Assembly: GCA_016181845.1 (NCBI GenBank)
Contig: JACOYO010000005.1
Span: 66,845-130,844 of the forward strand
Direction of reading: 5' to 3'
Source: Parcubacteria group bacterium
Lineage (GTDB): Bacteria; Patescibacteriota; Minisyncoccia; Phycocordibacterales; 21-14-all-47-15
Length of the DNA: 64,000 nucleotides
The notes under the pieces were generated by a model. The model ran no database searches. It was not told the DNA's origin and saw only the letters and a program-made list of their open reading frames with translations. Below are positions 35,820-45,590 of this stretch, piece after piece (positions within the stretch are counted from its first letter, which is position 1; the number at the start of each line of letters is the position of its first letter). The position numbers and the translations under genes were made by a program.

Positions 35820-38582
35820 TTATTTCCTATACTTTTTCATAATCTCCGCTTCCACTTCATTTCGGTCCCGCCCGTATTTTTGATACGAATGTTCTTTGAC
35901 CCGAGTGATTTGTTCTGATTGTCCAGCTTCAAACGATGCCGTTTCAATATTAAACGGTTTTGATGGCTGTCCATTCGCTAAAAGTTTCAGATATGCGTTT
36001 CGATTATCAAGTTTCATGATATCTTCCGCGGTAAACGTCGGCGCAAATTGCTTTGCCAGATATTCGGCGTCGTCTGCCCCCACGCGAAACACAGCAAGCG
36101 AACCGACGTTTCCAAAGACCGCATTTTTTATTTTTTCATCCAGCTGGGCGATAAATTGATTGGCAATCGTGAGCGAGAGCCGATACTTGCGCGCCTCCGA
36201 AAGAATCGTGGCAATCGAATCCGTGGTAATATTTTGAAACTCATCAATGTAGAGAAAGAAATCGGCCGGTTTCGAGCGAAGCACGTCAACACGCGACAGC
36301 GCCGCCATCAAAATCTTGCCGACGATAATCAATCCGATTAAATTGGAGTTGATATCGCCCAATCGCCCTTTTGATAAGTTTACGAGAAGTATTTTACGCT
36401 CGTCCATAATCTGCCTGAAGTTAAACGCCGAGTGCTGTTGCGCCACAATTGGCCGCATGATGTCATTTGCCAAAAAGACGTCAAACTTGCTCGTGATATA
36501 AGGCACAATATTGGCAAGCGCCCCTTCCCCGCCCGCCTTCTCGGCAATGTCCGTCCAAAACTGTGTGACGACCGGATTTTTTGAGCGTGAAAGTTTCAGC
36601 GCCCGAAATGCTGTGTCTGCAAGCACGCGCGACACGTCAAGAAGCGTTGAGCCGCTCTCGGGATCTTCAATCACGAGCATCGTGGCATTTCTAAAATACT
36701 GCTCAAACATCGGCCCCATTGATTCCGGTACCGCGCCGTACAATTTTTGAAAAATACTGAAGAGCTCATTGACCACGAATGTTTTCTGTTCAGGGAAACG
36801 GGCGTCATATTCAAGCATGTTAAGCCCCATCGGACGCGCCGTCGCCCCCGGGTCAAAATAGATGACATCGTTCATACGATGTTCCGGTATGCGAGAGAGC
36901 ACATCTTCAATATCAGAGCCATGCGGGTCAATCATGCACACCCCATTGCCAGCGACGATATCCTGCGCAATCATATTTTTTAGAAGCGTGGTTTTGCCGG
37001 TTCCTGTCTGTCCGATAACATAGAGATGCCGCATTCGGTCTTCATCCGCAAAATGAATGTCAGTTTCAATATTTCTATAACGATTTGACCCGAGCACCAC
37101 CCCTTCGCGCGAGAGCGTCATTGGCGCCGGAGCGCTCCCCGCTTTTGCTTCTTTCAATTCGCGTGATGTCGTTCCCGTAACCGGAAAATGAAAGAGCGTA
37201 GTCAATTCTTTGATGTTCAGCGGAAAATTATGTTCGTCTGAAAAAAGGCGGTATGAAAATCGGTGCAATAGGGCGCGAAGTACTTCTTTTTTTACCCGCT
37301 CAAACTTGATGCCGTTGCCGCGTGTTTCCGAAAATTGATTGAATGACGATTCAAGTTCGGAAAGAATATCTTTGGCGCGGCTTTCCGTGCCTGCCGACGC
37401 GATAATGCGGATATTGGCTCCCAAAATATGGCTTCCGATTTTTGCTTCAATATGTTTAATCGCTTCTTCATCAATTTTGTGAGGTTCAAGCGGGACCGCG
37501 TTGCCATGAATATCTTTTTTCGGCAAGTCGCCGCCAAACACAAGCTCTTTAACCGCCTTCCCGAACCCGCCGGCAAACCCTTCCGGCATATCAACCGCTT
37601 TTTTGACCGGCACTCCTTTTTTTACTTTGTCTAAAATAAACGAGTAGCGTTTAATGTAATAATCGGCAATCGGCGCAAGCACTATCTGCACCGCGGCTCC
37701 TTCGCCGGTTTTTTTAATTTTTGAAAATGAATTGAGTAGCGCCGAAAGCGGGTCGCTGTCAAACGCTTCGTATGTCTTGAGCGAAAGCGCCGGAGAAAAA
37801 GCTGGCGCCGCGTACGACGCGGCAGACGCGCCGTTTTCAACAAAAATGTTATAGTCGTTTGGATTTTCTTTGAGCGTGGCGCGCGGGAACGCCGCCAAAA
37901 GCTGTTTCTCAAACAAATCAGCTTTCGTATCGGGTACACCGGCATAAAAAATCATATCCTCGCTTTCTCCGGAAATAGCGAGCTCAAGCGTAAAAGACCG
38001 CTTCCATTTTTCCGCGCTCTTTTCGTCTGTGTCTGCCACCGAAAGCATGCCTGCATAAAATTGCGCCATCGTGGTCACCATTTCTTTGAATTGTTTCTCT
38101 GATTCTTCCGGCGCCGATTGCGGAAGCGTGATTTCAAAAAGCTTCATGTGGAGCGCGCGCAAAAGCTCTTCTCGATTGACGCCATCGGTGTATCCTGCTT
38201 TGATATACTGAACCAAAAAACGATGGAAGTCGTCGTCAATGTGCGGATTGGAGAGCCGCTCCACTACAGAGAGCGCGTTTTTTATGCCATTTTCAAGCAT
38301 GATTCCAAAGAGTTCATTCATTTGCTCATCGTGCGATTCGGGAGCCAAATCAAGCGCGATTTTTTCGGCTTCATACGCTTTCATCGCATGCCCAGACGCC
38401 AGCACTTCTTCGGATTTCTTTTTGCCATATTCGCGCACCGGCAAAACGGCCGCGTGCTCGCGTTCATGCGAGGCCGCTTCTGCATCAAGTTCTTTCTCGT
38501 GCCGCGCTATTTCACGGCGCAAAAAAACCACTTCTTCTTCCGGAGTTTTGAATTTTGGCATTTCACCTTGAAATGTTTCCAT
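35820..38582 (-). CDS. VirD4/TraG-like (DUF87/HerA-related) ATPase
   Basis: RHLYVIGQTGTGKT, IDPHG, YIDEFQN, SEARKY, ANQ. Confidence 0.88.
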   Translation of the reverse strand: METFQGEMPKFKTPEEEVVFLRREIARHEKELDAEAASHEREHAAVLPVREYGKKKSEEVLASGHAMKAYEAEKIALDLAPESHDEQMNELFGIMLENGIKNALSVVERLSNPHIDDDFHRFLVQYIKAGYTDGVNREELLRALHMKLFEITLPQSAPEESEKQFKEMVTTMAQFYAGMLSVADTDEKSAEKWKRSFTLELAISGESEDMIFYAGVPDTKADLFEKQLLAAFPRATLKENPNDYNIFVENGASAASYAAPAFSPALSLKTYEAFDSDPLSALLNSFSKIKKTGEGAAVQIVLAPIADYYIKRYSFILDKVKKGVPVKKAVDMPEGFAGGFGKAVKELVFGGDLPKKDIHGNAVPLEPHKIDEEAIKHIEAKIGSHILGANIRIIASAGTESRAKDILSELESSFNQFSETRGNGIKFERVKKEVLRALLHRFSYRLFSDEHNFPLNIKELTTLFHFPVTGTTSRELKEAKAGSAPAPMTLSREGVVLGSNRYRNIETDIHFADEDRMRHLYVIGQTGTGKTTLLKNMIAQDIVAGNGVCMIDPHGSDIEDVLSRIPEHRMNDVIYFDPGATARPMGLNMLEYDARFPEQKTFVVNELFSIFQKLYGAVPESMGPMFEQYFRNATMLVIEDPESGSTLLDVSRVLADTAFRALKLSRSKNPVVTQFWTDIAEKAGGEGALANIVPYITSKFDVFLANDIMRPIVAQQHSAFNFRQIMDERKILLVNLSKGRLGDINSNLIGLIIVGKILMAALSRVDVLRSKPADFFLYIDEFQNITTDSIATILSEARKYRLSLTIANQFIAQLDEKIKNAVFGNVGSLAVFRVGADDAEYLAKQFAPTFTAEDIMKLDNRNAYLKLLANGQPSKPFNIETASFEAGQSEQITRVKEHSYQKYGRDRNEVEAEIMKKYRK

Positions 38583-38632
38583 TGCTTTTAGTATACCGCT
38601 CTTTATTCAAAAATGGGAGTCTGTAAAAAAAA

Positions 38633-39394
38633 TTAATTCTTCGTAACAACCTCTCCGCCATCTTTGCCGACAATAATCGTATGTTCAAAATGAGCCGAGA
38701 GAGAGCCGTCGCGCGTTCTAAATGTGTAGCCGTCTTTTCCTAACACAACATCAGGAGAACCGAGCGTGAGCATTGGTTCAAGCGCAAGTACCATGCCATT
38801 GACCAATTTTTCTCCCGTACCAGTTTTGCCAAAATTGGCAATATAGGGCTCTTCATGCACCGCGCTCCCCACGCCGTGTCCTCCCAATTCACGCACAATG
38901 CCGAGCTTCCCTTGTTTTGCCACTGCTTCAATCGCCGCTCCGATATCTCCGACATAGCCCCCGCTTTTTGCGGCCGCTATCCCCGCGTCCAGTGATTTTT
39001 TTGTCGCAAAAATAAGTTCAAGCGATTTCTCATCAACCTTTCCTACCGGAAGCGTGCGCGCCATATCAACAAACATACCTTGATGGATAAGCCCGATATC
39101 AAGCCCCACTATATCACCGTCTTTCAACGCGCGCCCATTCGGGATACCATGCACCACTTCGTCGTTTATTGAAACACAGAGCCCCGCCGGATACGGCGCG
39201 CGAGAACCTGCCGGTGTATAGCCCAAAAATGACGGAGTATCGCCCATTTCTTTTATGCGCTGTGTCGCGTGAAGATTGAGTTCTGCTGAAGTAACCCCCG
39301 GGCGCACGAGTGTTTCCACTTCATCAAGCACCAGCGCGAGCCGTTTGCCTGCTTCGCGGAGAATTTTTTCTTCAATTTTATTTTGAATAATCAT
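38633..39394 (-). CDS. map: Methionine aminopeptidase type I
   Basis: SINDEVVHGIP, GHGVG..HEEP, ALEPM, AHFEHT. Confidence 0.96.
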   Translation of the reverse strand: MIIQNKIEEKILREAGKRLALVLDEVETLVRPGVTSAELNLHATQRIKEMGDTPSFLGYTPAGSRAPYPAGLCVSINDEVVHGIPNGRALKDGDIVGLDIGLIHQGMFVDMARTLPVGKVDEKSLELIFATKKSLDAGIAAAKSGGYVGDIGAAIEAVAKQGKLGIVRELGGHGVGSAVHEEPYIANFGKTGTGEKLVNGMVLALEPMLTLGSPDVVLGKDGYTFRTRDGSLSAHFEHTIIVGKDGGEVVTKN

Positions 39395-39426
39395 TGAAAA
39401 ATCTTGATGGATTCAGGATTAAAAAA

Positions 39427-40023
39427 TCAATCTCTAAAAATTTTCTGCTGTAATTCAGCAAAGACCTCTTCAATTTTTTGTTCGCCATTGATATCAACAA
39501 ACCGATAGTAATTATTCTCACGATACCAATCCACCGCTGGCCGCACATCGGTTTCAAACCACCGCAATCGTTCTCTGATATCTGCTTCGTTGTCATCTTT
39601 TCTACCCCGCGCAAGCAGGTGTTTGATAGACCAGTCGTCCGACACGTTTAGATATACAACCGTCGGATTTTTTATCTCATACATCCAATTGAGCGCCGTA
39701 TCAAGCATATGCGCTTCAGCAAAAGAGCGCGGTGTGCCGTCGGCAACAATAGTCTCTTTTCCAGTAAAGCGTTCAAGGAAAAAATTTGACCACATGTTAA
39801 CCGCCAAAAAATCGGGCTGTCTATCCCCCGCGTCGTAAATCTCTTTCGCGCGCCGCGCCGAATAGTTTTCACCTTTGATAAACTCGCGGATGAGCGCTCC
39901 TGTCTGCAGATATAAAATCTCGCGCTCGGGTTCCCGTTTTTTCAATTCTTCCATCAAAAGTTTTGCCTGCGTGCCTTTGCCGCATCCGGAGCGTCCGATA
40001 AAAATATACACTTGAGAATCCAT
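39427..40023 (-). CDS. adk: Adenylate kinase (short, LID-less)
   Basis: GRSGCGKGTQA, DGTPR, RGRKDD; between secY and map. Confidence 0.88.
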   Translation of the reverse strand: MDSQVYIFIGRSGCGKGTQAKLLMEELKKREPEREILYLQTGALIREFIKGENYSARRAKEIYDAGDRQPDFLAVNMWSNFFLERFTGKETIVADGTPRSFAEAHMLDTALNWMYEIKNPTVVYLNVSDDWSIKHLLARGRKDDNEADIRERLRWFETDVRPAVDWYRENNYYRFVDINGEQKIEEVFAELQQKIFRD

Positions 40024-40046
40024 TTTTCAAGTATAACACACCCTAT

Positions 40047-40131
40047 GAGCTTGTTAGCTTCTTAGGTTTTAGCTTTTTAAAAAATTATTTAATGAACCTA
40101 AAAAGCTAATAAGCTAAAACCTAACAAGCTC
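40047..40131. repeat. Octamer-periodic hairpin (CTAAnAAG-type units)
   Basis: GAGCTTGTTAG...CTAACAAGCTC; one arm recurs at 31761-31794. Confidence 0.8.
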
Positions 40132-40133
40132 GC

Positions 40134-41405
40134 CTAGTATTCCCGCATCGCAACTTGCGCGTCTATTTTTTTCACCAAATCAAGCACGACGGAAACAACG
40201 ATGAGAAGCGCGGTACCTCCGATGGCAAACGAACTAATGCCGGTAATCCCCTGCATCGCGAGCGGTAAAACAGCGATAATTCCCAAAAAGAGCGCGCCGA
40301 TAAAGGTAATGCGATTCAAAATATTGCCCACATACTCGGATGTTGTGCGCCCGGGGCGCACGCCCGGAATAAACGCACCGCTTTTCTGCAGATTATTTGC
40401 CATTGTCTCCGGGTCAAAGGTGATTGCCGTATAAAAATATGTAAAGAGAAACACCAGAATAAAATAGAGCGACGCGTACACCCAGGTATTTTGCAACACG
40501 GCAAGCACCATGCTTGAAACGGTTTGCACGATTGCGTTATTCACATTTGCAAGAAAATTCACAATCATTTGAGGAAAAAGCAAAATGGAAAGCGCGAAAA
40601 TAATCGGAATAACGCCCGCCTGATTTACCCGAAGCGGCAGGTAGGTGGATACGCCGCCGTAGACACGATTTCCCCTGATGCGTTTCGCGTAAGTAACCGG
40701 AATCGGGCGCTCGGCTTCAGTGATGAATACCACGCCCGCGACAATGAAAATCGCTACCGCGATAAATCCGATGTACATTGGAATTTGAGATATGTCAAAA
40801 GTAAACGCGAGCTGGCTTATTTGTGTAGGCAATCCGGAAACAATACCGGCAAAAATGAGGAGCGAAACGCCATTGCCGATGCCGCGCTCAGTGAGCAATT
40901 CCCCCATCCACATGAGGAGCACGGCGCCCGCCACGACGACGATAATATCAAGCGATTTATCAAAAAAATTAACGTACGAAAGAACTCCCTGCCGTTCCAA
41001 AAGCGTCAAAATTCCAAAACCCTGTAAAAACGCCAACGGCACCGTGAGCAAGCGCGAGTATTGATTAAATTTCTTTTTACCGAGCTCTCCTTCTTCGTGA
41101 TACATCGCCTTCAATTTCGGAGACATAATCGTGATAAGTTGCATGATTATTGAGCCGGTAATATATGGTCCAAGCCCAAGCATAACGATTGAAAGATTGG
41201 AGAGGCCTCCGCCTGAAAAAAGGTTCAGGAGTCCGAAAAACTGATTGTTTGCAAAAAATTCCTCCAGGCGAAACACGTCAACGCCGGGCACAGGAATACT
41301 CGCCCCGATACGAAAAAGAACCAGCACAAACAGAATGTACAAAATTCTTTTGCGTAGAGGAGCATCGTGCGTAATGACGCTTATTTTTTGCAAAAATGAT
41401 TGCAT
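40134..41405 (-). CDS. secY: Preprotein translocase SecY
   Basis: LGLGPYITGSIIMQL, GIGNGVSLLIF, AGVIPIIFA, FIPGVRPG, GGTALLI. Confidence 0.97.
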   Translation of the reverse strand: MQSFLQKISVITHDAPLRKRILYILFVLVLFRIGASIPVPGVDVFRLEEFFANNQFFGLLNLFSGGGLSNLSIVMLGLGPYITGSIIMQLITIMSPKLKAMYHEEGELGKKKFNQYSRLLTVPLAFLQGFGILTLLERQGVLSYVNFFDKSLDIIVVVAGAVLLMWMGELLTERGIGNGVSLLIFAGIVSGLPTQISQLAFTFDISQIPMYIGFIAVAIFIVAGVVFITEAERPIPVTYAKRIRGNRVYGGVSTYLPLRVNQAGVIPIIFALSILLFPQMIVNFLANVNNAIVQTVSSMVLAVLQNTWVYASLYFILVFLFTYFYTAITFDPETMANNLQKSGAFIPGVRPGRTTSEYVGNILNRITFIGALFLGIIAVLPLAMQGITGISSFAIGGTALLIVVSVVLDLVKKIDAQVAMREY

Positions 41406-41407
41406 GA

Positions 41408-41860
41408 TTATGAAATTATCGCGCCTCCGGCTTTCGTTACTTTTTCTTTTGCTGACAGAGAAAGCGTAACGCGTGAAAAAGTGAGTTTTTTGGTCACCGC
41501 TCCATCACCCAAAATTTTAACACGAAGAGCACCTTGACCCTGCCTTGAAATGAGCCGCTTCGCCAAAAGCGCCTGCGGAGATACGATTTCTCCTTCATTA
41601 AAATGTTTTTCAACGGCCGAAAGATTGAGTATCGCTGGTTTCACCGTCTGCGCGTTTACTGATTCCGCGCGGTGTTTGCCGTATCCGCGGCGCTTGGGCA
41701 GTCGTTTGATAGTATCTCTGATTTCAGGGCGGATTTTTCTTCCAGCACGCGCTTTTTGTCCTTTCGTGCCGCGTCCTGAAGTCTTGCCACGCTTGCCCCC
41801 GCGCCCGACAATTTTTTTGGAGCGAGATACGGTATGCGGTTTTAATTCGTGTAGTTGCAT
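41408..41860 (-). CDS. rplO: 50S ribosomal protein L15
   Basis: VGRGGKRGKTSGRGTKGQKARAG, RLPKRRG. Confidence 0.95.
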   Translation of the reverse strand: MQLHELKPHTVSRSKKIVGRGGKRGKTSGRGTKGQKARAGRKIRPEIRDTIKRLPKRRGYGKHRAESVNAQTVKPAILNLSAVEKHFNEGEIVSPQALLAKRLISRQGQGALRVKILGDGAVTKKLTFSRVTLSLSAKEKVTKAGGAIIS

Positions 41861-41873
41861 AATAAGAAAATGA

Positions 41874-42548
41874 TTATAAAAGTTTTGCCAGCGCGGCAAC
41901 GGCGGCGCGCGCGTTATTTAATTTATTTTTGCTCCGCGATAAAATCTTTGAGGTAATATCTTTGATGCCGGCAAGGTCAAGCACTGTTCGCACCGAACTG
42001 CCAGCCACAAGACCTCTGCCCGGCGCCGGTCGTATCGTCACCTGCGAACTGCCGAATTTTGCTCCCACCTCGTGGCGAATACTCATTGTTTTAGTGAGCG
42101 GGACTTGCAGTAATTTCTTTTGCGCGTCGCGCATCGCCTTTTCAATCGCGAGCGCCGTATCAGACGCTTTGCCAAGCCCAACGCCAACACCCCCTTTTCT
42201 ATTTCCGACCACAAGCGCGACGGAAAAACTAAAGCGCCTTCCTCCCGCCATAACACGGGTAACTCGGCGCACCGCTATGACTTTGTGCTGAAATTCTGAA
42301 CGTGACTGTCGCGCGCCGCCTTCTTTTCGTGAACGCTGTCCGCCGGCTCTGCCATTTTTTGCCCCGCCATCTTTGCTTGTTTTGCCGGCATCGCGCCTAT
42401 GCGGTGCACCGTTTCGTTTTTTTCTGTCTGCAAAAAAAGACGAACGAGCCGCCGCGTGTTTTTCACCGGAAATCGCGCCGGGTTCTTTTTTGCCGGCTTG
42501 CCCAAGGGTTGGCACAGCATGAGTTTTATTTGTCATTGAATCGGTCAT
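41874..42548 (-). CDS. rpsE: 30S ribosomal protein S5 with long basic N-terminal extension
   Basis: RRVTRVMAGGRRFSF, PAPGRGLVAG. Confidence 0.95.
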   Translation of the reverse strand: MTDSMTNKTHAVPTLGQAGKKEPGAISGEKHAAARSSFFADRKKRNGAPHRRDAGKTSKDGGAKNGRAGGQRSRKEGGARQSRSEFQHKVIAVRRVTRVMAGGRRFSFSVALVVGNRKGGVGVGLGKASDTALAIEKAMRDAQKKLLQVPLTKTMSIRHEVGAKFGSSQVTIRPAPGRGLVAGSSVRTVLDLAGIKDITSKILSRSKNKLNNARAAVAALAKLL

Positions 42549-42561
42549 ACGATATTTTTAA

Positions 42562-42918
42562 TTAAAACAAAAGTCCCCCTTCTCTGGCGCCTTCCGCAAA
42601 TGCCTTGATGCGGCCGGTGTATATAAATCCTCCGCGGTCAAATACGGCAGTGGTAATCTTTTTTTTCATCGCCGCGTCAGCAAGCATTTTCCCCAAAAGA
42701 CGCGCGCGTTCGGTTTTGGTTCCTTTTTCAGAAATAGCGGTGTCGGAAACAGCGGCAACCGTAACACCCTTGTCATCGTTTATCAGCTGACCGTACAAAT
42801 ATTTGTTTGATTTGAAAACAGACAAACGAGGGCGAATGTCCGTCCCCTGCACTTTTGCACGAATACGCTTGTGCCGCCTTTCTCGTTTTTCTATTTTTTT
42901 ATTTTTTATCTGTTTCAT
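42562..42918 (-). CDS. rplR: 50S ribosomal protein L18
   Basis: RPRLSVFKSNK, VFDRGG..YTGRI. Confidence 0.96.
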   Translation of the reverse strand: MKQIKNKKIEKRERRHKRIRAKVQGTDIRPRLSVFKSNKYLYGQLINDDKGVTVAAVSDTAISEKGTKTERARLLGKMLADAAMKKKITTAVFDRGGFIYTGRIKAFAEGAREGGLLF

Positions 42919-42926
42919 ATAATGAA

Positions 42927-43004
42927 AAATTAAAAACGCAAAACGAAAAGCGCAAAGGAAACGGTGCTGAATTTTGTTTTTAGTTTTTCGTTTTGCATTT
43001 TACG
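42927..43004 (-). repeat. Heptad hairpin element, copy A (before rplR)
   Basis: Near-identical to copies B, C, D and E. Confidence 0.93.
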
Positions 43005-43007
43005 TTT

Positions 43008-43544
43008 TTACCCGACCGTCTTCTTCCCTTGCTTCCTTCTAATCACTTCGTTTTCATACCGAATGCCTTTGCCTTTATACGGCTCAGGTTTTTTGTAAGC
43101 GCGTATAGTCGCGGCAAATTGCCCGACCAATTCCTTGTCAATTCCGCTCACGGTAATTGTATTCTTTTCAATCACCGCCGAAACACCTTCCGGAATCCGC
43201 ACCAATACCGGATGCGAAAAGCCGAGTGCTAATTTCAAATCCTTTCCGGCAAGTTCCGCGCGGAAACCGACTCCTTCTATCAATAATTTTTTAGCAAAAG
43301 GACGGTTAACTCCCTCTATCATATTTTTGATGTGCGCCATGGTGGTGCCCCACATCATTTTTGTTTGTATTGAAGCATTCGACGGAGCCGCTTTTATTTC
43401 ATTGCCTTCTATGTGAACTGAAACTCGGTCGGCAAAACGCTTTGAAAGTTCTCCTTTCGGGCCTTTCACGGTCACCGAATTGCCACTGACAGTTACAGTG
43501 GTTTTGTCTGGAATAGTAAGTATTTGTTTGCCAATTCTGCTCAT
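43008..43544 (-). CDS. rplF: 50S ribosomal protein L6
   Basis: MSRIGK, GVGFRA, LGFSHP, PEPYKGKGI. Confidence 0.97.
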   Translation of the reverse strand: MSRIGKQILTIPDKTTVTVSGNSVTVKGPKGELSKRFADRVSVHIEGNEIKAAPSNASIQTKMMWGTTMAHIKNMIEGVNRPFAKKLLIEGVGFRAELAGKDLKLALGFSHPVLVRIPEGVSAVIEKNTITVSGIDKELVGQFAATIRAYKKPEPYKGKGIRYENEVIRRKQGKKTVG

Positions 43545-43550
43545 AATAAT

Positions 43551-43628
43551 AAATTAAAAACGCAAAACGAAAAGCGCAAAGAAAACGGTGCTGAATTTTG
43601 TTTTTAGTTTTTCGTTTTGCATTTTACG
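43551..43628 (-). repeat. Heptad hairpin element, copy B (before rplF)
   Basis: Direct sequence match to copy A. Confidence 0.93.
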
Positions 43629-43636
43629 TTGTTATA

Positions 43637-44023
43637 CTACCAAATCTGAAAAAGCACTTCGCCGCCGACTTTCTCCGCGCGCGCTTCTTTATCGGAGAGT
43701 ATCCCTTTCGGCGTTGAGAGCACGCTCATGCCATATCCCTGTCTTACGGAAGAAAGTTCACGAAATCCTTTGTACGCGCGCTGGGATAATTTTGATACCC
43801 GTTTTGCCCCATGAATACGCGGCGATGTCCCGACATACGCAAGTTCAATAACAATCAATTTGCGCGCTTTTTTGCCAAGTATGTCAGCTGATTTTATGTA
43901 TCCTGCTTTGGCAAGCGCGAGAGCAATGGCATATTTCAATTTTGAATACGAAACCTGCACCGACGGTTTCCCGACGAGTCCGGCATTTTGTATGTGCGTG
44001 AGCATGTTTGCGATTTGGTCCAT
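43637..44023 (-). CDS. rpsH: 30S ribosomal protein S8
   Basis: DQIANMLTHIQNA, STPKGIL, GGEVL. Confidence 0.96.
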   Translation of the reverse strand: MDQIANMLTHIQNAGLVGKPSVQVSYSKLKYAIALALAKAGYIKSADILGKKARKLIVIELAYVGTSPRIHGAKRVSKLSQRAYKGFRELSSVRQGYGMSVLSTPKGILSDKEARAEKVGGEVLFQIW

Positions 44024-44029
44024 AATAAT

Positions 44030-44107
44030 AAATTAAAAATGCAAAACGAAAAGCGCAAAGGAAACGGTGCTGAATTTTGTTTTTAGTTTTTCGTTTTGCA
44101 TTTTACG
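44030..44107 (-). repeat. Heptad hairpin element, copy C (before rpsH)
   Basis: Direct sequence match to copy A. Confidence 0.93.
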
Positions 44108-44113
44108 CTTTTA

Positions 44114-44299
44114 TTACCAGCTTGATTTTCTTATTCCTGGAATTTTGCCTTCATTGGCAAGTTCGCGGAAACAAATACGGCACATATCAAAAGCACGCAT
44201 GTAACCGCGCTTCCTTCCGCACCGAAAACACCGGCGCACGATTCTTGAGCTCCATTTCGGTTTCTTTTGCGAACGCGCTATAACTGATGTTTTTGCCAT
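44114..44299 (-). CDS. rpsN: 30S ribosomal protein S14 (type Z, zinc-binding)
   Basis: RCFRCGR...MCRICFRE...KSSW. Confidence 0.96.
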   Translation of the reverse strand: MAKTSVIARSQKKPKWSSRIVRRCFRCGRKRGYMRAFDMCRICFRELANEGKIPGIRKSSW

Positions 44300-44469
44300 A
44301 TAAGCAATAAAAAACAAAAGCCAGCATTGCTAGCTTTGCTACATATCGTAGCAAAAGGAACCTTTGGAGTCAATATGGCATCCAAAGACTTGATATGGTA
44401 TCACTTTTGAAGAAACGCATTTATTTAAAAATGAAACCAAAGCCATATATCGCCGAAGGAGGTGAGCTA

Positions 44470-45519
44470 ATGCCGCGCATCGTTGTCAAAAATATTCCGC
44501 TTTCAAAGATTGCCACCATGCCGCAAATGCGTGTGGTAACCGAGGAAAACGTAAAAGACTTGGTAGAAAATCTACGGGAAACGCACACTCTATTAAATCC
44601 GGTCACCGTGATGAAGAAAAATGACGCGGTGTGGCAAGAGCTTTGTAAGATTAAAAATTGCTCATTTCAAAGTCTTTCCAGATACGATTATATTCTGGTC
44701 GCCGGATATCGCCGTTTCAAAGCATTTCAGACATTGGCAAAAGAAGAGAAAGACTACGCCGCCATCCCCGCCCAAGCGCTTGCCATCAAAACGGTTGATG
44801 AATTCATGCGCTGGCAGATAACGGAAAACACGTACCACCCGCCGGAGACCGCCGAGATGGCGTACGCGGTTGCGACACTTTGGGGATATGCCGAAAAACT
44901 GTATGGAAAGGCGCCGGCGCTATCTCGCTTCTCGGCATCCATAGGATGCAGTGAAGACGCCACGCGTGGCTACATCCGGTTTGTCAGTCTTCCCAAAAAA
45001 TTGCGGAGGCTCGTTGAAGACAAACTCATTTCCTACGGCATAGCGGTTGCACTGGCTAAAATATGCGAACTGCCGGAAGACAATGGCGGCGGAGAAATGA
45101 ACGCGCTTCGGTTTGCAAACGCAATAATGATTGAGGGAAGCGGCGTCAAAGACGCGGTGCAAAAAATAAACGCGTTCATTCTGGAAAAAACATCCGGTCA
45201 GCAGGTATTATTTTCCGACGGCAATCTCATGCTTGAGATGCAGGAAGGAGTATTTGCCGGCCGCGACAAGAAAACGCGCAAAGGCCTTGCCTTTGTATTG
45301 AGCTTCTTCCAGCAAACACTTGCTTTGTTTCAAAACGGAGTTATTCCGCCAGAACGGCTTTCTCTGATACAAAAAGAAGCGGCGTGCGATTTGCTGAAGA
45401 CAATCGGGTTCTTGGAAACGCTTCTTCCGATAGTCAAAAACTCTTTGTCAACAAAAGAGCACGCCCGCGCGACAACCGTTCTTGCGGAAAGCAAAAAAGT
45501 TCTTTCAAGAATTAAATAA
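44470..45519 (+). CDS. ParB/Srx N-terminal-domain protein with HTH, divergent
   Basis: QMR, LLNPVTV, LVAGYRRFKA, QITEN; SD AAGGAGGTGA before ATG 44470. Confidence 0.78.
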   Translation: MPRIVVKNIPLSKIATMPQMRVVTEENVKDLVENLRETHTLLNPVTVMKKNDAVWQELCKIKNCSFQSLSRYDYILVAGYRRFKAFQTLAKEEKDYAAIPAQALAIKTVDEFMRWQITENTYHPPETAEMAYAVATLWGYAEKLYGKAPALSRFSASIGCSEDATRGYIRFVSLPKKLRRLVEDKLISYGIAVALAKICELPEDNGGGEMNALRFANAIMIEGSGVKDAVQKINAFILEKTSGQQVLFSDGNLMLEMQEGVFAGRDKKTRKGLAFVLSFFQQTLALFQNGVIPPERLSLIQKEAACDLLKTIGFLETLLPIVKNSLSTKEHARATTVLAESKKVLSRIK

Positions 45520-45558
45520 TAATTTTCATGCGATATGTCGCATGAAAATTAAAAATAA

Positions 45559-45585
45559 AAGCCGTCTGCATTGCGCAGACGGCTT
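45559..45585. terminator. Hairpin between convergent genes
   Basis: AAGCCGTCTGC...GCAGACGGCTT. Confidence 0.65.
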
Positions 45586-45590
45586 ACTTT

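Noticed and set aside
35820-38582. Conjugative element
   Set aside because: Lone VirD4-like ATPase with no relaxase or VirB genes; such genes are common in CPR chromosomes
41860-41874. Missing rpmD (L30) between rpsE and rplO
   Set aside because: Established feature of CPR bacteria, not new
42927-44107. Regularly spaced repeats as a CRISPR array
   Set aside because: Repeats are about 78 bp and the intervening sequences are whole ribosomal protein genes; no cas genes
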